Of a stretch of DNA of 64,000 bases, positions 28,220 through 37,980 are shown piece after piece (within the stretch, counting starts at the first letter, position 1; every line of letters starts with the position of its first letter). The notes beneath the pieces are model-generated. The model made no database searches. It was not told the origin of the DNA and saw only the letters and a program-made list of their open reading frames with translations. Source of the stretch: an uncultured Candidatus Saccharibacteria bacterium (lineage in GTDB: Bacteria > Patescibacteriota > Minisyncoccia > Phycocordibacterales > PALSA-1337); the NCBI GenBank assembly GCA_964412585.1, contig CAYPPJ010000002.1, forward strand, positions 77,720-141,719. The letters run 5' to 3'. The translations under genes and the position numbers were made by a program.

Positions 28220-28968
28220 ATTTGTGTTGTTTCAAGGAGTTTCCACATTGACAGGAATAGATTACGCAGCATGTTTGCGATAGCAGGCGACTCAATGATG
28301 ATTGCGTACTCTTCTTTCTCTTTAAAGGAAAAAAAGGCTAGTTTGTTGGCGTATATATCTATCGTGCCATGGATGGGCGAGCCAGAGGGAAGTAAACGAG
28401 TCTCTCGGTAGGAATTTGTCACCAGATCAGGGTCTGATGTCCTATCTCCTGCGCTTGAAGTGATGAGATATGAAAAAATTTTGAGCTGTTCACGGCGTTT
28501 GAGCCACTGAGGAAAGAATTTTGGAAGCATACTCAACATATCGAGGTTAGAAAATGCATGTAGTTCACGAATATTTTCACGATCAAGGGTTTCGAGGATG
28601 TCATCGAAGACGAATTTTACGCCACTTGATCCCATGTAAAGTTTTGCGGCAGGCATAAGCCTGTCGTGGCCACGGAGGCTCATAAGTTCCGGAATTGCAG
28701 AACGAATAAGGGCTTCTTTTTCCTGTTGGATTTTCAATAATCGATTTGGACTCTCGGCAGAGTAGTAAATGACATTGTTTTTCTTCCAAGAAGAGACGTA
28801 ACCTTGTGCTGTAAGGGAATCGAGAGTGTGATATGCGGTTGTACGTGCAATGCCTGTCTCTTTTGCCAGCATGAAAGCCGTCGCTTCGGCGTGTCGTAAC
28901 AATGAAGTGTAGATGGTCGCCTCATTTTCACTGAAACCACATTTTTTGAGGGTATTTTGTATTGACAT
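28198..28968 (-). CDS. TrmB-family HTH transcriptional regulator (paralog 6)
   Basis: MSIQNTLKKCGFSENEATIYTSLLRHAEATAFMLAKETGIARTTAYHTLDSLTAQGYVSSW; C-terminus ...FLSMWKLLE. Confidence 0.6.
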   Translation of the reverse strand: MSIQNTLKKCGFSENEATIYTSLLRHAEATAFMLAKETGIARTTAYHTLDSLTAQGYVSSWKKNNVIYYSAESPNRLLKIQQEKEALIRSAIPELMSLRGHDRLMPAAKLYMGSSGVKFVFDDILETLDRENIRELHAFSNLDMLSMLPKFFPQWLKRREQLKIFSYLITSSAGDRTSDPDLVTNSYRETRLLPSGSPIHGTIDIYANKLAFFSFKEKEEYAIIIESPAIANMLRNLFLSMWKLLETTQIKKAPLL

Positions 28969-28975
28969 GAATACT

Positions 28976-28990
28976 GTCCAAAATTTGGAC
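28976..28990. promoter_or_regulatory. inverted repeat GTCCAAA-a-TTTGGAC, 8 nt upstream of the regulator 28198..28968 start; candidate autoregulatory operator
   Basis: Read directly. Confidence 0.4.
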
Positions 28991-29100
28991 TACTTTTTAT
29001 GCATAAAATATGGCCTTACTATAGTTTATTTTAATCATAAGTGCAAATATGTGTAAAATTAAAGGACTATATTGACATAATTTGTAATAATGTTCTTGTT

Positions 29101-30213
29101 ATGAAAAAAATATCCATTATTACCTGTGTGGCTATCATTATTATTGGTGTGTTGATCTGGAAAGGCCCCAATCAGGAAACGGTCATAAAAATTGGTGTCG
29201 TGGGACCATTTACCGGTAGCGCGGCTAGTTTTGGCGATCTGATGCAACGTGGGTTGGATTTGGGACTGGCATCGCTCACCGATGAACAGAAGTCGCGCAT
29301 TCAGATTATAAAAGAAGATGATGCGTGTAGTGGTAAGAATGCTGTCAGCGCGGTCAAAAAACTCATAGAGGTTGATAAGGTCAATTATATTATTGGCCCG
29401 CTATGTAACGAATCGACATTAGCGACAGAAACTTTATTTGAAGATAACAAGGTTATCTCAGTAAGCATTGGATTGCCCTCAAATAAGATTGCCGAGATGG
29501 GCCCGTACCATTTCTCGTTTTCTCCAGAGATTGAATATCTTATGAAGACGCTTTCGCAGAAAGTTATTGACGAAAATATGCACCGCGTAGCAGTAATCCA
29601 CATAACTTCTGCAATGGAAGAGGAGAACTACTCCAATTTTGTTAAGCACTTCAGGGAATTGGGCGGGGTTATTGTTGCTGACGAGGCGGCACCGAAGGGT
29701 GCAAGTGATTTTCGAGATCTTGTCCTGAAAGTAAAGCAGTCCAAGCCGGACGCGATCGTAATCATGGCGTATCGTGAAGGGGAATTGAACACATTACTTA
29801 AGCAATTATCTGATGCTGGCCTGGGAAATCTGCCGAAATTTGGCATCCATGCGGTTCAAACTCCTGCGGTTCTCAACGTGAAGGATCTTGCCGAGGGACT
29901 TATCTATCCGTATCCTGCCGACAAAACGGCGAATGAGTCGGCTGCTGCCTATGCACGCATGTATCGCGAGAAATATGATGCGGATCCAGATATTTCTTCC
30001 TCGAATACCTATGACTCACTGCGAATATTTGTCACTTCAATCGAGAAATGTGGCTATTCAAATAAAGAATGTGTACGTGATTCAATTGCACAGCTTAAGA
30101 ATTATCAAGGTGCCAACGGAAGCTTGTCACTTGATGAGAGAGGAGTGGGCACGTATAAGGAGATTATGTTGAAGGTGGTTCACGATGGAAAGTTTGAGAA
30201 ACTGCCCGAATAG
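29101..30213 (+). CDS. type-1 periplasmic binding protein (LivJ-like), membrane-anchored, with no transporter partner
   Basis: Start placed at the internal Met (MKKISIITCVAIIIIGVLIW); then VIKIGVVGPFTGSAASFGDLMQRGLDLGLAS. Confidence 0.65.
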   Translation: MKKISIITCVAIIIIGVLIWKGPNQETVIKIGVVGPFTGSAASFGDLMQRGLDLGLASLTDEQKSRIQIIKEDDACSGKNAVSAVKKLIEVDKVNYIIGPLCNESTLATETLFEDNKVISVSIGLPSNKIAEMGPYHFSFSPEIEYLMKTLSQKVIDENMHRVAVIHITSAMEEENYSNFVKHFRELGGVIVADEAAPKGASDFRDLVLKVKQSKPDAIVIMAYREGELNTLLKQLSDAGLGNLPKFGIHAVQTPAVLNVKDLAEGLIYPYPADKTANESAAAYARMYREKYDADPDISSSNTYDSLRIFVTSIEKCGYSNKECVRDSIAQLKNYQGANGSLSLDERGVGTYKEIMLKVVHDGKFEKLPE

Positions 30214-30228
30214 TCTCGGGAGTGGGGA

Positions 30229-32013
30229 ATGCGTCAGTGTGGCGAATTTGCTACAATTACCCCAATGCTCATCGAAGACACCCAGCTCTATAAATTCATC
30301 CTCGACTCTGGCCTCGTCTCAAAAGAGGATCTTGAGAATGCCAAGAAGGAGGCTGACAAAAATGAGAAGCGTCTCGGTGATATTCTCGTGACTGCGGGCA
30401 AAATTACCGCGGACAATCTCCGCCGTATGGAAGCATACGTGCTCGGCATCCCCTTCGTTGACCTCAAAGGAAAGAAAATAGATTTCGATACACTCTCGCT
30501 TATTCCCGAGCCGATCGCGCGTGGTCACAACATTGTTCCATTTAAAAAGACCGATACTACCTTGGAAGTTGCCATGCTAGATGTGAACGATCTTTCAGCT
30601 ATCGATTTCATCAAAAAGAAAGTTAACCTCAAGATTCAGCCACGTCTGACTGATTCTGACTCTCTCAAAGAAGTCTTGGTGCAATATCAAAAGAGTTTGA
30701 AGGCGGAATTTGGCGACCTTATCCAAAAGGAAACCGCGACGCTCAAGACGATTGCGGAAGATAATGGAGAACCGGCATCTGAAGCCGACATGAAAAAGTT
30801 GGCCGAGGATCTGCCTGTGGTGCGTATTGTTGATACTTTGATCAAGCATGCAGCTATTCAGAATGCATCTGATATTCATATTGAACCGATGGATAATCAA
30901 GTGCTCGTTCGCTACCGTATTGATGGACTCCTACATGACGCGATGGTACTGCCGAAGCAGGCGGGCCCCTCTGTGTCTGCACGTATCAAGGTGCTTTCCA
31001 ACTTGAAGCTCGATGAAAAACGTTTGCCGCAGGACGGTCGTTTCAAGGTGGACATGAACAACGAAAAAGTGTCTTTCCGTGTCTCTATTTTGCCGACCTA
31101 TTATGGAGAAAAGATCGTTATGCGTCTCTTGCGTGAGAGTATTTCAGGATTTACGCTGGAGTATTTGAACTTTCATGGCGAAGGATTGGAGCGCATCCAT
31201 CACGCTCTCAAGCAAACAACGGGCATGATTCTGACTACGGGTCCGACTGGTTCCGGTAAAACCACGACGCTCTATACGATGCTGGATTTGCTCAACACAC
31301 CTGACGTAAATATTTCTACCATCGAAGATCCTATCGAATATCAGATCGGCCGCATCAATCAGACCCAGGTTCGTCCGGAGATTGGCTTCTCATTTGCACA
31401 GGGAATACGCACGCTCGTTCGTCAGGACCCAGATATCATCATGGTGGGTGAAATTCGTGATAATGAAACGGCCGCTTTGGCAGTGAACGCGTCGCTCACT
31501 GGTCACTTGGTGCTTTCCACCCTGCACACCAACAGTGCTGCTGGAGCAATTCCACGCCTTTTGGATATGGGAGTCGAGTCATTCTTGCTTGTTTCTACAC
31601 TCAACATTGTCATTGGCCAGCGTCTCGTCCGACGTCTCACTGATTCGAAGGAAAAGTATGATTTGAGCAAGGCTGAATATGCACAGCTTGAGAAAATCGT
31701 TGACATGAATCGTGTGCTCGATGCGTTGAAAGCTGACAAAATTGTAAAACCAAGTGATACCGTCAAGGATCTGACCTTCTGGAAAGCGGTTCCTGCGGGA
31801 GATGATGATGGGTTCAAGGGTCGTGTTGGTATCCACGAGATTCTCAAAGTGAATCAAACTATCAAAGATTTAGTCATGAAGAATGCCACGGCTTCAGAGA
31901 TTGAGGCTCAGGCAAAGAAGGAGGGAATGCTCACGATGTTGGAAGATGGTATCTACAAATGTGTTGCGGGTATGACGACGATTGAAGAGGTGCTTCGTGT
32001 GGTCTCAGAGTAG
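30229..32013 (+). CDS. pilB: type IV pilus assembly ATPase PilB (GspE family)
   Basis: Walker A motif in LTTGPTGSGKTTTLYTML, the His-box/Asp-box region, and a T2SSE N-terminal domain. Start may be the Met at 30265. Confidence 0.85.
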   Translation: MRQCGEFATITPMLIEDTQLYKFILDSGLVSKEDLENAKKEADKNEKRLGDILVTAGKITADNLRRMEAYVLGIPFVDLKGKKIDFDTLSLIPEPIARGHNIVPFKKTDTTLEVAMLDVNDLSAIDFIKKKVNLKIQPRLTDSDSLKEVLVQYQKSLKAEFGDLIQKETATLKTIAEDNGEPASEADMKKLAEDLPVVRIVDTLIKHAAIQNASDIHIEPMDNQVLVRYRIDGLLHDAMVLPKQAGPSVSARIKVLSNLKLDEKRLPQDGRFKVDMNNEKVSFRVSILPTYYGEKIVMRLLRESISGFTLEYLNFHGEGLERIHHALKQTTGMILTTGPTGSGKTTTLYTMLDLLNTPDVNISTIEDPIEYQIGRINQTQVRPEIGFSFAQGIRTLVRQDPDIIMVGEIRDNETAALAVNASLTGHLVLSTLHTNSAAGAIPRLLDMGVESFLLVSTLNIVIGQRLVRRLTDSKEKYDLSKAEYAQLEKIVDMNRVLDALKADKIVKPSDTVKDLTFWKAVPAGDDDGFKGRVGIHEILKVNQTIKDLVMKNATASEIEAQAKKEGMLTMLEDGIYKCVAGMTTIEEVLRVVSE

Positions 32014-32036
32014 TAAATAGCGTAAACTTATACCAA

Positions 32037-33257
32037 ATGTCCCATTTTGTTTTTAAAGCCAAGAAATCTACCGGCGAAATATATTCGAGCGAGAAGGACG
32101 TGGCTGACCGCTACGAACTCTACAAGCTCGTGCGCGAGAGTGGAGATGAGATTGTTGAGATACGCGAAACTGCATCATCGAAGGGTTTGCATAGGGAAAT
32201 TTCATTTGGAGGACTCCTAAGTCGAGTCAAGATGATTGAAAAGATCAACTTTGCTCGCAATCTCGGCTCAATGCTTGAGGCTGGCCTCGCACTCTCACGC
32301 GCGCTGTCGGTCTTGGAACGCCAGGCACGTAATAAAACCTTCAAAAAAATAATTGGCGATCTTATCATTGAAATCAGTAAAGGCTCAACACTTTCTGATT
32401 CCATGGCGAAGTATCCGAAAGCATTTAACAAACTCTTCGTATCTATGGTTCGTGCAGGTGAGCAGAGCGGTACGTTGTCTGATTCGCTCAAAGTGATTTC
32501 GGTGCAGATGGACAAGAGTTTTACACTTGAGCGCAAAGTTAAGGGTGCACTTATTTACCCCGGTGTGATTATGTGTGCAATGGTGCTCATCGCTATATTG
32601 ATGTTCACCTTTGTTGTCCCTACATTGACCAAGACATTCGTCGAGCTCAATGTGACTCTACCTTTGAGTACTCGTATTGTCCTTGGTATCAGTGATGTAT
32701 TCCAAAACTATGGGATCATTGTCTTTTTACTCATACTAATACTAGCGGGGATTTTTAGATGGTGGACAAAAACTGCCTCAGGGAAACACATTCTTCATGC
32801 TGCGGTTTTGAAGATACCTATCATAGGCTCTCTTGTCCAAGAAATTAACACAGCTCGTACTGCGCGCACTCTGTCGTCGCTTCTCGGCTCTGGAGTTGAT
32901 GTGGTGGAGTCCGTAAATATCACTGCGGGAGTTATTCAAAATGTACATTTCCGTGCGGTCCTGGAAAAGGCCCGTGAAGCTATAAAAAAAGGAGAATTGA
33001 TGTCAAAAGTATTTGCCGAGGCGGACAAGCTGTATCCAGTTTTCTTGTCTGAGATGATGAGCGTGGGTGAAGAGACGGGTAAGACGGGAGAGATGTTGAT
33101 TGGTGTCGCGCATTATTACGAGGATGATGTTGAACAAAAGACCAAGGACATGTCGACTGTTATTGAGCCATTTTTGATGATTATCATCGCAGCAGCGGTC
33201 GGGTTCTTTGCTATCTCGATGATCTCACCAATGTACTCGCTTGTCGACGCGGTTTAA
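32037..33257 (+). CDS. pilC: type IV pilus platform protein PilC (GspF family)
   Basis: Two T2SSF repeats and three TM helices; the GspF-type motif ...VGEETGKTGEMLIGVA is present. Confidence 0.8.
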   Translation: MSHFVFKAKKSTGEIYSSEKDVADRYELYKLVRESGDEIVEIRETASSKGLHREISFGGLLSRVKMIEKINFARNLGSMLEAGLALSRALSVLERQARNKTFKKIIGDLIIEISKGSTLSDSMAKYPKAFNKLFVSMVRAGEQSGTLSDSLKVISVQMDKSFTLERKVKGALIYPGVIMCAMVLIAILMFTFVVPTLTKTFVELNVTLPLSTRIVLGISDVFQNYGIIVFLLILILAGIFRWWTKTASGKHILHAAVLKIPIIGSLVQEINTARTARTLSSLLGSGVDVVESVNITAGVIQNVHFRAVLEKAREAIKKGELMSKVFAEADKLYPVFLSEMMSVGEETGKTGEMLIGVAHYYEDDVEQKTKDMSTVIEPFLMIIIAAAVGFFAISMISPMYSLVDAV

Positions 33258-33260
33258 TAC

Positions 33261-35051
33261 ATGAGACGTAATCTATATAATGCATTTACACTCGTAGAAG
33301 TACTTGTCGGTGCGGCTGTCTTTTTGGTCATTGCTTTGGCCGCATATAATGGATATGCCAGTCTCTTTAAATTAGTTAATGCCAGTCAAACAAAAATTAC
33401 TGCACTGAACCTCGCAAATGAGCAGTTTGAAATAGCGCGCAACATACCTTATTCGGACGTAGGTATTGTAGGTGGTATTCCAAAAGGGAAGTTGTCACAC
33501 GTCCAGACGTTAAATCGAGGCGGAATAAACTTTACTGTTACGACGACGGTACGCAACCTTGATTTACCTTTCGACGGCACCATCGGAGGAAATCCAAATG
33601 ACTTGTCCCCAGCAGATAACAAACTTGTTGATATCACAGTTTCTTGTAGCGTGTGTGTCAATTTCAAACCAATCAGTTTGACCGGTCAGGTAGCTCCCAA
33701 AAACCTTGAGACTGCCTCTAATAATGGGGCACTTTTCGTCCGTGTTTTTGATGCCAATGGTCAGCCGGTTCAGGGAGCGTCGGTTCATATTGTGAATGTC
33801 GCGACGTCTACTACAATCATCATCGATGATGTCACTGATTCAACCGGCATGTTGCAAATAGTTGATGTTCCTCCAGGCACCAACGCATATCGTATTACTG
33901 TTTCTAAATCGGGATATTCTACAGATCGCACATATCCACAAGGTGGCACTGACAATCCATCACCATCAAAACCGGATGCGACGGTATTACTTCAGCAGGT
34001 TACTCAAGTGAGTTTTGCTATAGACCGACTCAGTAGTGTGGCCGTTGCGAGCGTGACGCCGCTCTGTGTCGTCGTGCCAAGTTTCGATTTTGCCTTGGTT
34101 GGGTCAAAACTTATTGGCACAAATGTGCCGAAGTTTTCACAGAATATGGTTACAGATGGTGGGGGATTATTGAATCTTACAAATAATATGGAATGGGACA
34201 CGTATACAGTTATTCCTACCGATACGGCATATGATATTGCTGGTCTGAATCCGCTCAATCCGGCGACACTCAATGCAAATTCATCTCAACAAATCCAAAT
34301 TATCGCAATCCCGCGCAATCCTCGCAGTATTCTAGTTACCGTCAAGGATAGTGCAACTCAGTTACCGATATCTGATGCGCAAGTGACTCTTTCAAAGTCG
34401 GGATGGAGTAGTACCCTGACCACCGGTAAAGGATTTATAAACCAGACAGATTGGTCGGGAGGGAGCGGTCAAGCCTCATGGTCAAATACCACAAAATATT
34501 GGGCGGATAGCAGTGGGCTCGATGTGACGACGGTTCCGGGAGTGGTGACACTCGGTCTGGCTTTTGGCTCGTACAATCCATCCGGGTCGTTGCAGTCATC
34601 AACTTTCGATACTGGTTCACCGAGTAATTTTTATACACTGACATGGTCTCCAACCGATCAGCCGGTTGCCGCAGGAACCAATTCAGTAAAATTACAAATC
34701 GCTACCGCAAGCACATCTTCACCATACGACTGGCTCTACTTTGGACCAGATGGAACATCGGCTACCTACTATACTGTCCCAAATACACCAATTCATTCTA
34801 TACACTCAGGTGATCGTTATCTCCGCTACAAGGCCTATCTATCCACCGATACGGCAACATCAACGCCGAGCATTACCGATGTTGCATTCACATTTACTTC
34901 GTCGTGTACTCCTCCAGGCCAGGTCATATTTCCAGGATTATCTTCAGGCTCATACCATGTACACGTCACCAAGACGGGGTATTCTGACTTTGATTATGAT
35001 GTCTCGGCCGCCTCAAATTGGCAGGAGGTACAGGCAGTCATGACCCCATAA
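33261..35051 (+). CDS. large prepilin-type N-terminal cleavage/methylation domain protein (596 aa) with a carboxypeptidase-regulatory-like beta domain
   Basis: N-terminus MRRNLYNAFTLVEVLVGAAVFLVIALAAYNGY has the class-III G/FTLxE prepilin signal; the ...VRVFDANGQPVQGASVHIVNVATSTT... segment is CarboxypepD_reg-like. Confidence 0.6.
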   Translation: MRRNLYNAFTLVEVLVGAAVFLVIALAAYNGYASLFKLVNASQTKITALNLANEQFEIARNIPYSDVGIVGGIPKGKLSHVQTLNRGGINFTVTTTVRNLDLPFDGTIGGNPNDLSPADNKLVDITVSCSVCVNFKPISLTGQVAPKNLETASNNGALFVRVFDANGQPVQGASVHIVNVATSTTIIIDDVTDSTGMLQIVDVPPGTNAYRITVSKSGYSTDRTYPQGGTDNPSPSKPDATVLLQQVTQVSFAIDRLSSVAVASVTPLCVVVPSFDFALVGSKLIGTNVPKFSQNMVTDGGGLLNLTNNMEWDTYTVIPTDTAYDIAGLNPLNPATLNANSSQQIQIIAIPRNPRSILVTVKDSATQLPISDAQVTLSKSGWSSTLTTGKGFINQTDWSGGSGQASWSNTTKYWADSSGLDVTTVPGVVTLGLAFGSYNPSGSLQSSTFDTGSPSNFYTLTWSPTDQPVAAGTNSVKLQIATASTSSPYDWLYFGPDGTSATYYTVPNTPIHSIHSGDRYLRYKAYLSTDTATSTPSITDVAFTFTSSCTPPGQVIFPGLSSGSYHVHVTKTGYSDFDYDVSAASNWQEVQAVMTP

Positions 35052-35076
35052 GTGAAAGAATGGTACAATACTACTC

Positions 35077-35688
35077 ATGAGGGGATTTACGCTCGTTGAA
35101 GTAATATCAACTATTGCCATCTTGGCGGTTATCATGCTTGCTGTGGGTGCATTTCAGTATGATGTTCTTAATTATAATAGGGTAGGAAGTGTAACGCTGA
35201 CAAATATCCAGGAAGTGCAGGCCATTTTAAAGACGATGACACGAGAACTGCGTTCAATGGAATCGGGTGGCGATGGAGCGTATCCTATTGTTGCTGCGTC
35301 TACGAGTACGATTACATTCTATGCCGACGTCAATCATGACAATCTGAAAGAAAAGATTCGTTACTACATAGGAACCACTACATCAACAGTGAATAAAATT
35401 TATCGCGGAGTTATAAATCCAACAGGATCGCCTGCGGTATACAATGCAAATACTGAGACCTTTAAAATATTGGTGACCGGCGTACGACCTTCCACCACAA
35501 CCCCACTATTTCAATATTTTGATGGGATGTATTCAGGTACATCAACACCGATGACGTACCCGCTCAACCTGACATCAATTCGACTTGTAAAAATTACTAT
35601 TCCGATAGACACCGATCCAAATCGATCGCCTATTATACGAGTGTTCACTACTCAGGCCGAGCTTCGTAACCTCAAAGATAATTTATGA
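35077..35688 (+). CDS. prepilin-type minor pilin / pseudopilin
   Basis: MRGFTLVEVISTIAILAVIMLAVGAF N-terminal methylation motif. Confidence 0.6.
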   Translation: MRGFTLVEVISTIAILAVIMLAVGAFQYDVLNYNRVGSVTLTNIQEVQAILKTMTRELRSMESGGDGAYPIVAASTSTITFYADVNHDNLKEKIRYYIGTTTSTVNKIYRGVINPTGSPAVYNANTETFKILVTGVRPSTTTPLFQYFDGMYSGTSTPMTYPLNLTSIRLVKITIPIDTDPNRSPIIRVFTTQAELRNLKDNL

Positions 35689-37178
35689 AGCAAAATCTGT
35701 TGAAAAAAATATATTTACATACAAAAAATAGTACAGGTATCATTCTTGTAAATGTGCTTATATTTGCCGCGATCGCCATCAGTGTGACGAGTGGCTTGGT
35801 AGGCTGGGGTGCGACGGTGCTCAAAACGACTCGCACACTCGATTCTCGCGAACAGGCATTTCAGATTGCCGAGGCGGGAATCGAATACTATCGTTGGCAC
35901 TTGGCTCATGCGCCGACTGACTATCGCGATGGTACCAACGGATCTGGGCCTTATGTGCACAGTGTGAAAGATGCTGATGGTGACACGATCGGTCAATACT
36001 CACTTACGATCACGGCACCACCTGTCGGATCGACGATCGTCAAAGTCCGTTCGACGGGCACTCTGACATCTGACCCTTCGATCTCGAGGACGATATTGGC
36101 AACCTTGGCTATTCCATCTCTGGCTAAGTATGCCGTTGTTGCCAATCAGAATATGCGCTTTGGTGAGGGTACAGAGGTGTTTGGGCCGATACATTCGAAC
36201 GCCGGTGTTCGTTTCGACGGTGTCAGTCACAACCTGATTACAAGTTCAGTGTCTTCCTACAATGACCCTGATAGTGATGATTGTAACAACAACAATTCAT
36301 TTGGCGTACATACGTGCATCAATCCAGATGACCCTTCTCCGCCAGCTGCCGTACCGAGCCGTCCTGATGTATTCATGGCGGGGCGACAATTTCCGGTTCA
36401 GTCCTATGATTTTAATGGTCTAACGATCGATCTGTCGCAGATGAAAACTAATGCCCAATCAAATGGTGTATACCTTCCTGCGTCAGGGTCCCAAGGCTAC
36501 CATATTGTGCTAAAAACAAATGATACGTTTGATGTGTACAAGGTTACCGCTTTGCAGTCGGCCCCCAACAACTGTACGAATAGCAACAACCAGACAGATT
36601 GGGGAACGTGGAGTGTAAAGACGCAAGTACACCCTGTCTCGGGAGCGAATAATTCACCACAGAACTATGCATTTCCTGCTAATGGCGTTATTTTCGTCGA
36701 AGATCATGTGTGGGTTGATGGTGCCGTCAATGGGGCACGTCTGTCGATTGCGGCAGGGAAGTTTCCTGATAACACCTCGACCCGAAAGGACATCATGATA
36801 AATAATGACCTTACTTATACAAGTTACGATGGTACTGATGTCGTTTCTCTTGTTGCACAGAGAAATGTCACTACGGGATTATTCAGTGACGACAATCTTC
36901 GTGTTGATGCGGCACTTGTGGCGCAAAATGGCAGGGTGGGGCGCTTCTACTATGATTCGGATTGCAAATCAGGAGGCACCAACTACTACAACAGAAATTC
37001 GTTGACACTGTATGGCATGATTGCGACCAATCAGCGTTATGGGTTTGCGTATACTGATGGTACTGGCTACGACACGCGAAATATCATCTATGATAGCAAC
37101 TTGTTGTATGGTCCACCCCCATCATTTCCGCTGACCTCAAGTCAGTATCAGACCATTTCTTGGCAGGAAGTACAGTAG
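35685..37178 (+). CDS. PilX-like pilus-associated protein (N-terminal anchor, then a large extracellular domain)
   Basis: N-terminal TM helix followed by ...REQAFQIAEAGIEYYRWHL, which resembles the PilX N-terminal domain. It overlaps the preceding gene by 4 nt, indicating an operon. Confidence 0.45.
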   Translation: MKQNLLKKIYLHTKNSTGIILVNVLIFAAIAISVTSGLVGWGATVLKTTRTLDSREQAFQIAEAGIEYYRWHLAHAPTDYRDGTNGSGPYVHSVKDADGDTIGQYSLTITAPPVGSTIVKVRSTGTLTSDPSISRTILATLAIPSLAKYAVVANQNMRFGEGTEVFGPIHSNAGVRFDGVSHNLITSSVSSYNDPDSDDCNNNNSFGVHTCINPDDPSPPAAVPSRPDVFMAGRQFPVQSYDFNGLTIDLSQMKTNAQSNGVYLPASGSQGYHIVLKTNDTFDVYKVTALQSAPNNCTNSNNQTDWGTWSVKTQVHPVSGANNSPQNYAFPANGVIFVEDHVWVDGAVNGARLSIAAGKFPDNTSTRKDIMINNDLTYTSYDGTDVVSLVAQRNVTTGLFSDDNLRVDAALVAQNGRVGRFYYDSDCKSGGTNYYNRNSLTLYGMIATNQRYGFAYTDGTGYDTRNIIYDSNLLYGPPPSFPLTSSQYQTISWQEVQ

Positions 37179-37214
37179 CGGGAGAATTATCTCAAGGTTT
37201 GGTACAATATCTGC

Positions 37215-37979
37215 ATGTCAAAAAAACTTATTATCGGCAACTGGAAGATGAACCCAGCGACGCTCGATGAGGCCAAGAATATTATTCGTAAGACGCGAGC
37301 AGCTGCTGGCAAGCTTCAGCATACACAAGTAGTAGCTTGTCCTCCGTATGTGTTCATTCCAGCCGCGATTTCAAAACGAGATACCGAAACACTCGAAGTC
37401 GGTGCCCAAACTGTCTCGTTTGAAGAGGGGGGTCCCCATACAGGAGATGTCAGTGCTTCAATGCTCAAAAATCTCGGTGTTCGCTATGTGATTGTCGGTC
37501 ATTCTGAGGAGCGTGCGGCCGGTGATACGGATGAGATGGTCTCAAAGCGTGTTAAAGCAGTCGTTGAGGCAGGTATGAAGGCCGTGTTGTGTGTTGGTGA
37601 AAAGGTGCACGATGAGGGTGGCGCATATCTCAATGCTCTTACAGACCAGATCAAAAATAGTCTTGCTGGCGTACCTGCGCATCTTGCAAAAAATATCGTG
37701 TTAGCCTATGAGCCTATTTGGGCGATTGGAGCAAAGGAGGCAATGCAATCACAGCAGATTCATGAGACGTCTCTTTTTGTGCGCAAAACATTCTCAGATG
37801 TATTTAGTCAAAATCAGGCCATGAAGGCGCTGGTACTCTATGGTGGTTCAGTCAATTTCCGTAACGCTCATGAAATTATGACTATTGGCAAAGTCGATGG
37901 GCTTTTGGTTGGGCGTGAGAGCGTCAATATTCCTGGGTTTGTAGAGTTGTTAAAAGCGGTTGATGCGATTACTGATTAA
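37215..37979 (+). CDS. tpiA: triosephosphate isomerase
   Basis: IIGNWKMNP..., VIVGHSERR..., AYEPIWAIG..., VLYGGSV signature motifs. Confidence 0.9.
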   Translation: MSKKLIIGNWKMNPATLDEAKNIIRKTRAAAGKLQHTQVVACPPYVFIPAAISKRDTETLEVGAQTVSFEEGGPHTGDVSASMLKNLGVRYVIVGHSEERAAGDTDEMVSKRVKAVVEAGMKAVLCVGEKVHDEGGAYLNALTDQIKNSLAGVPAHLAKNIVLAYEPIWAIGAKEAMQSQQIHETSLFVRKTFSDVFSQNQAMKALVLYGGSVNFRNAHEIMTIGKVDGLLVGRESVNIPGFVELLKAVDAITD

Positions 37980-37980
37980 T

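Noticed and set aside
30185-30391. ORF 30185..30391 and the antisense ORFs inside pilB and pilC
   Set aside because: Shadow frames of well-supported pilB/pilC.
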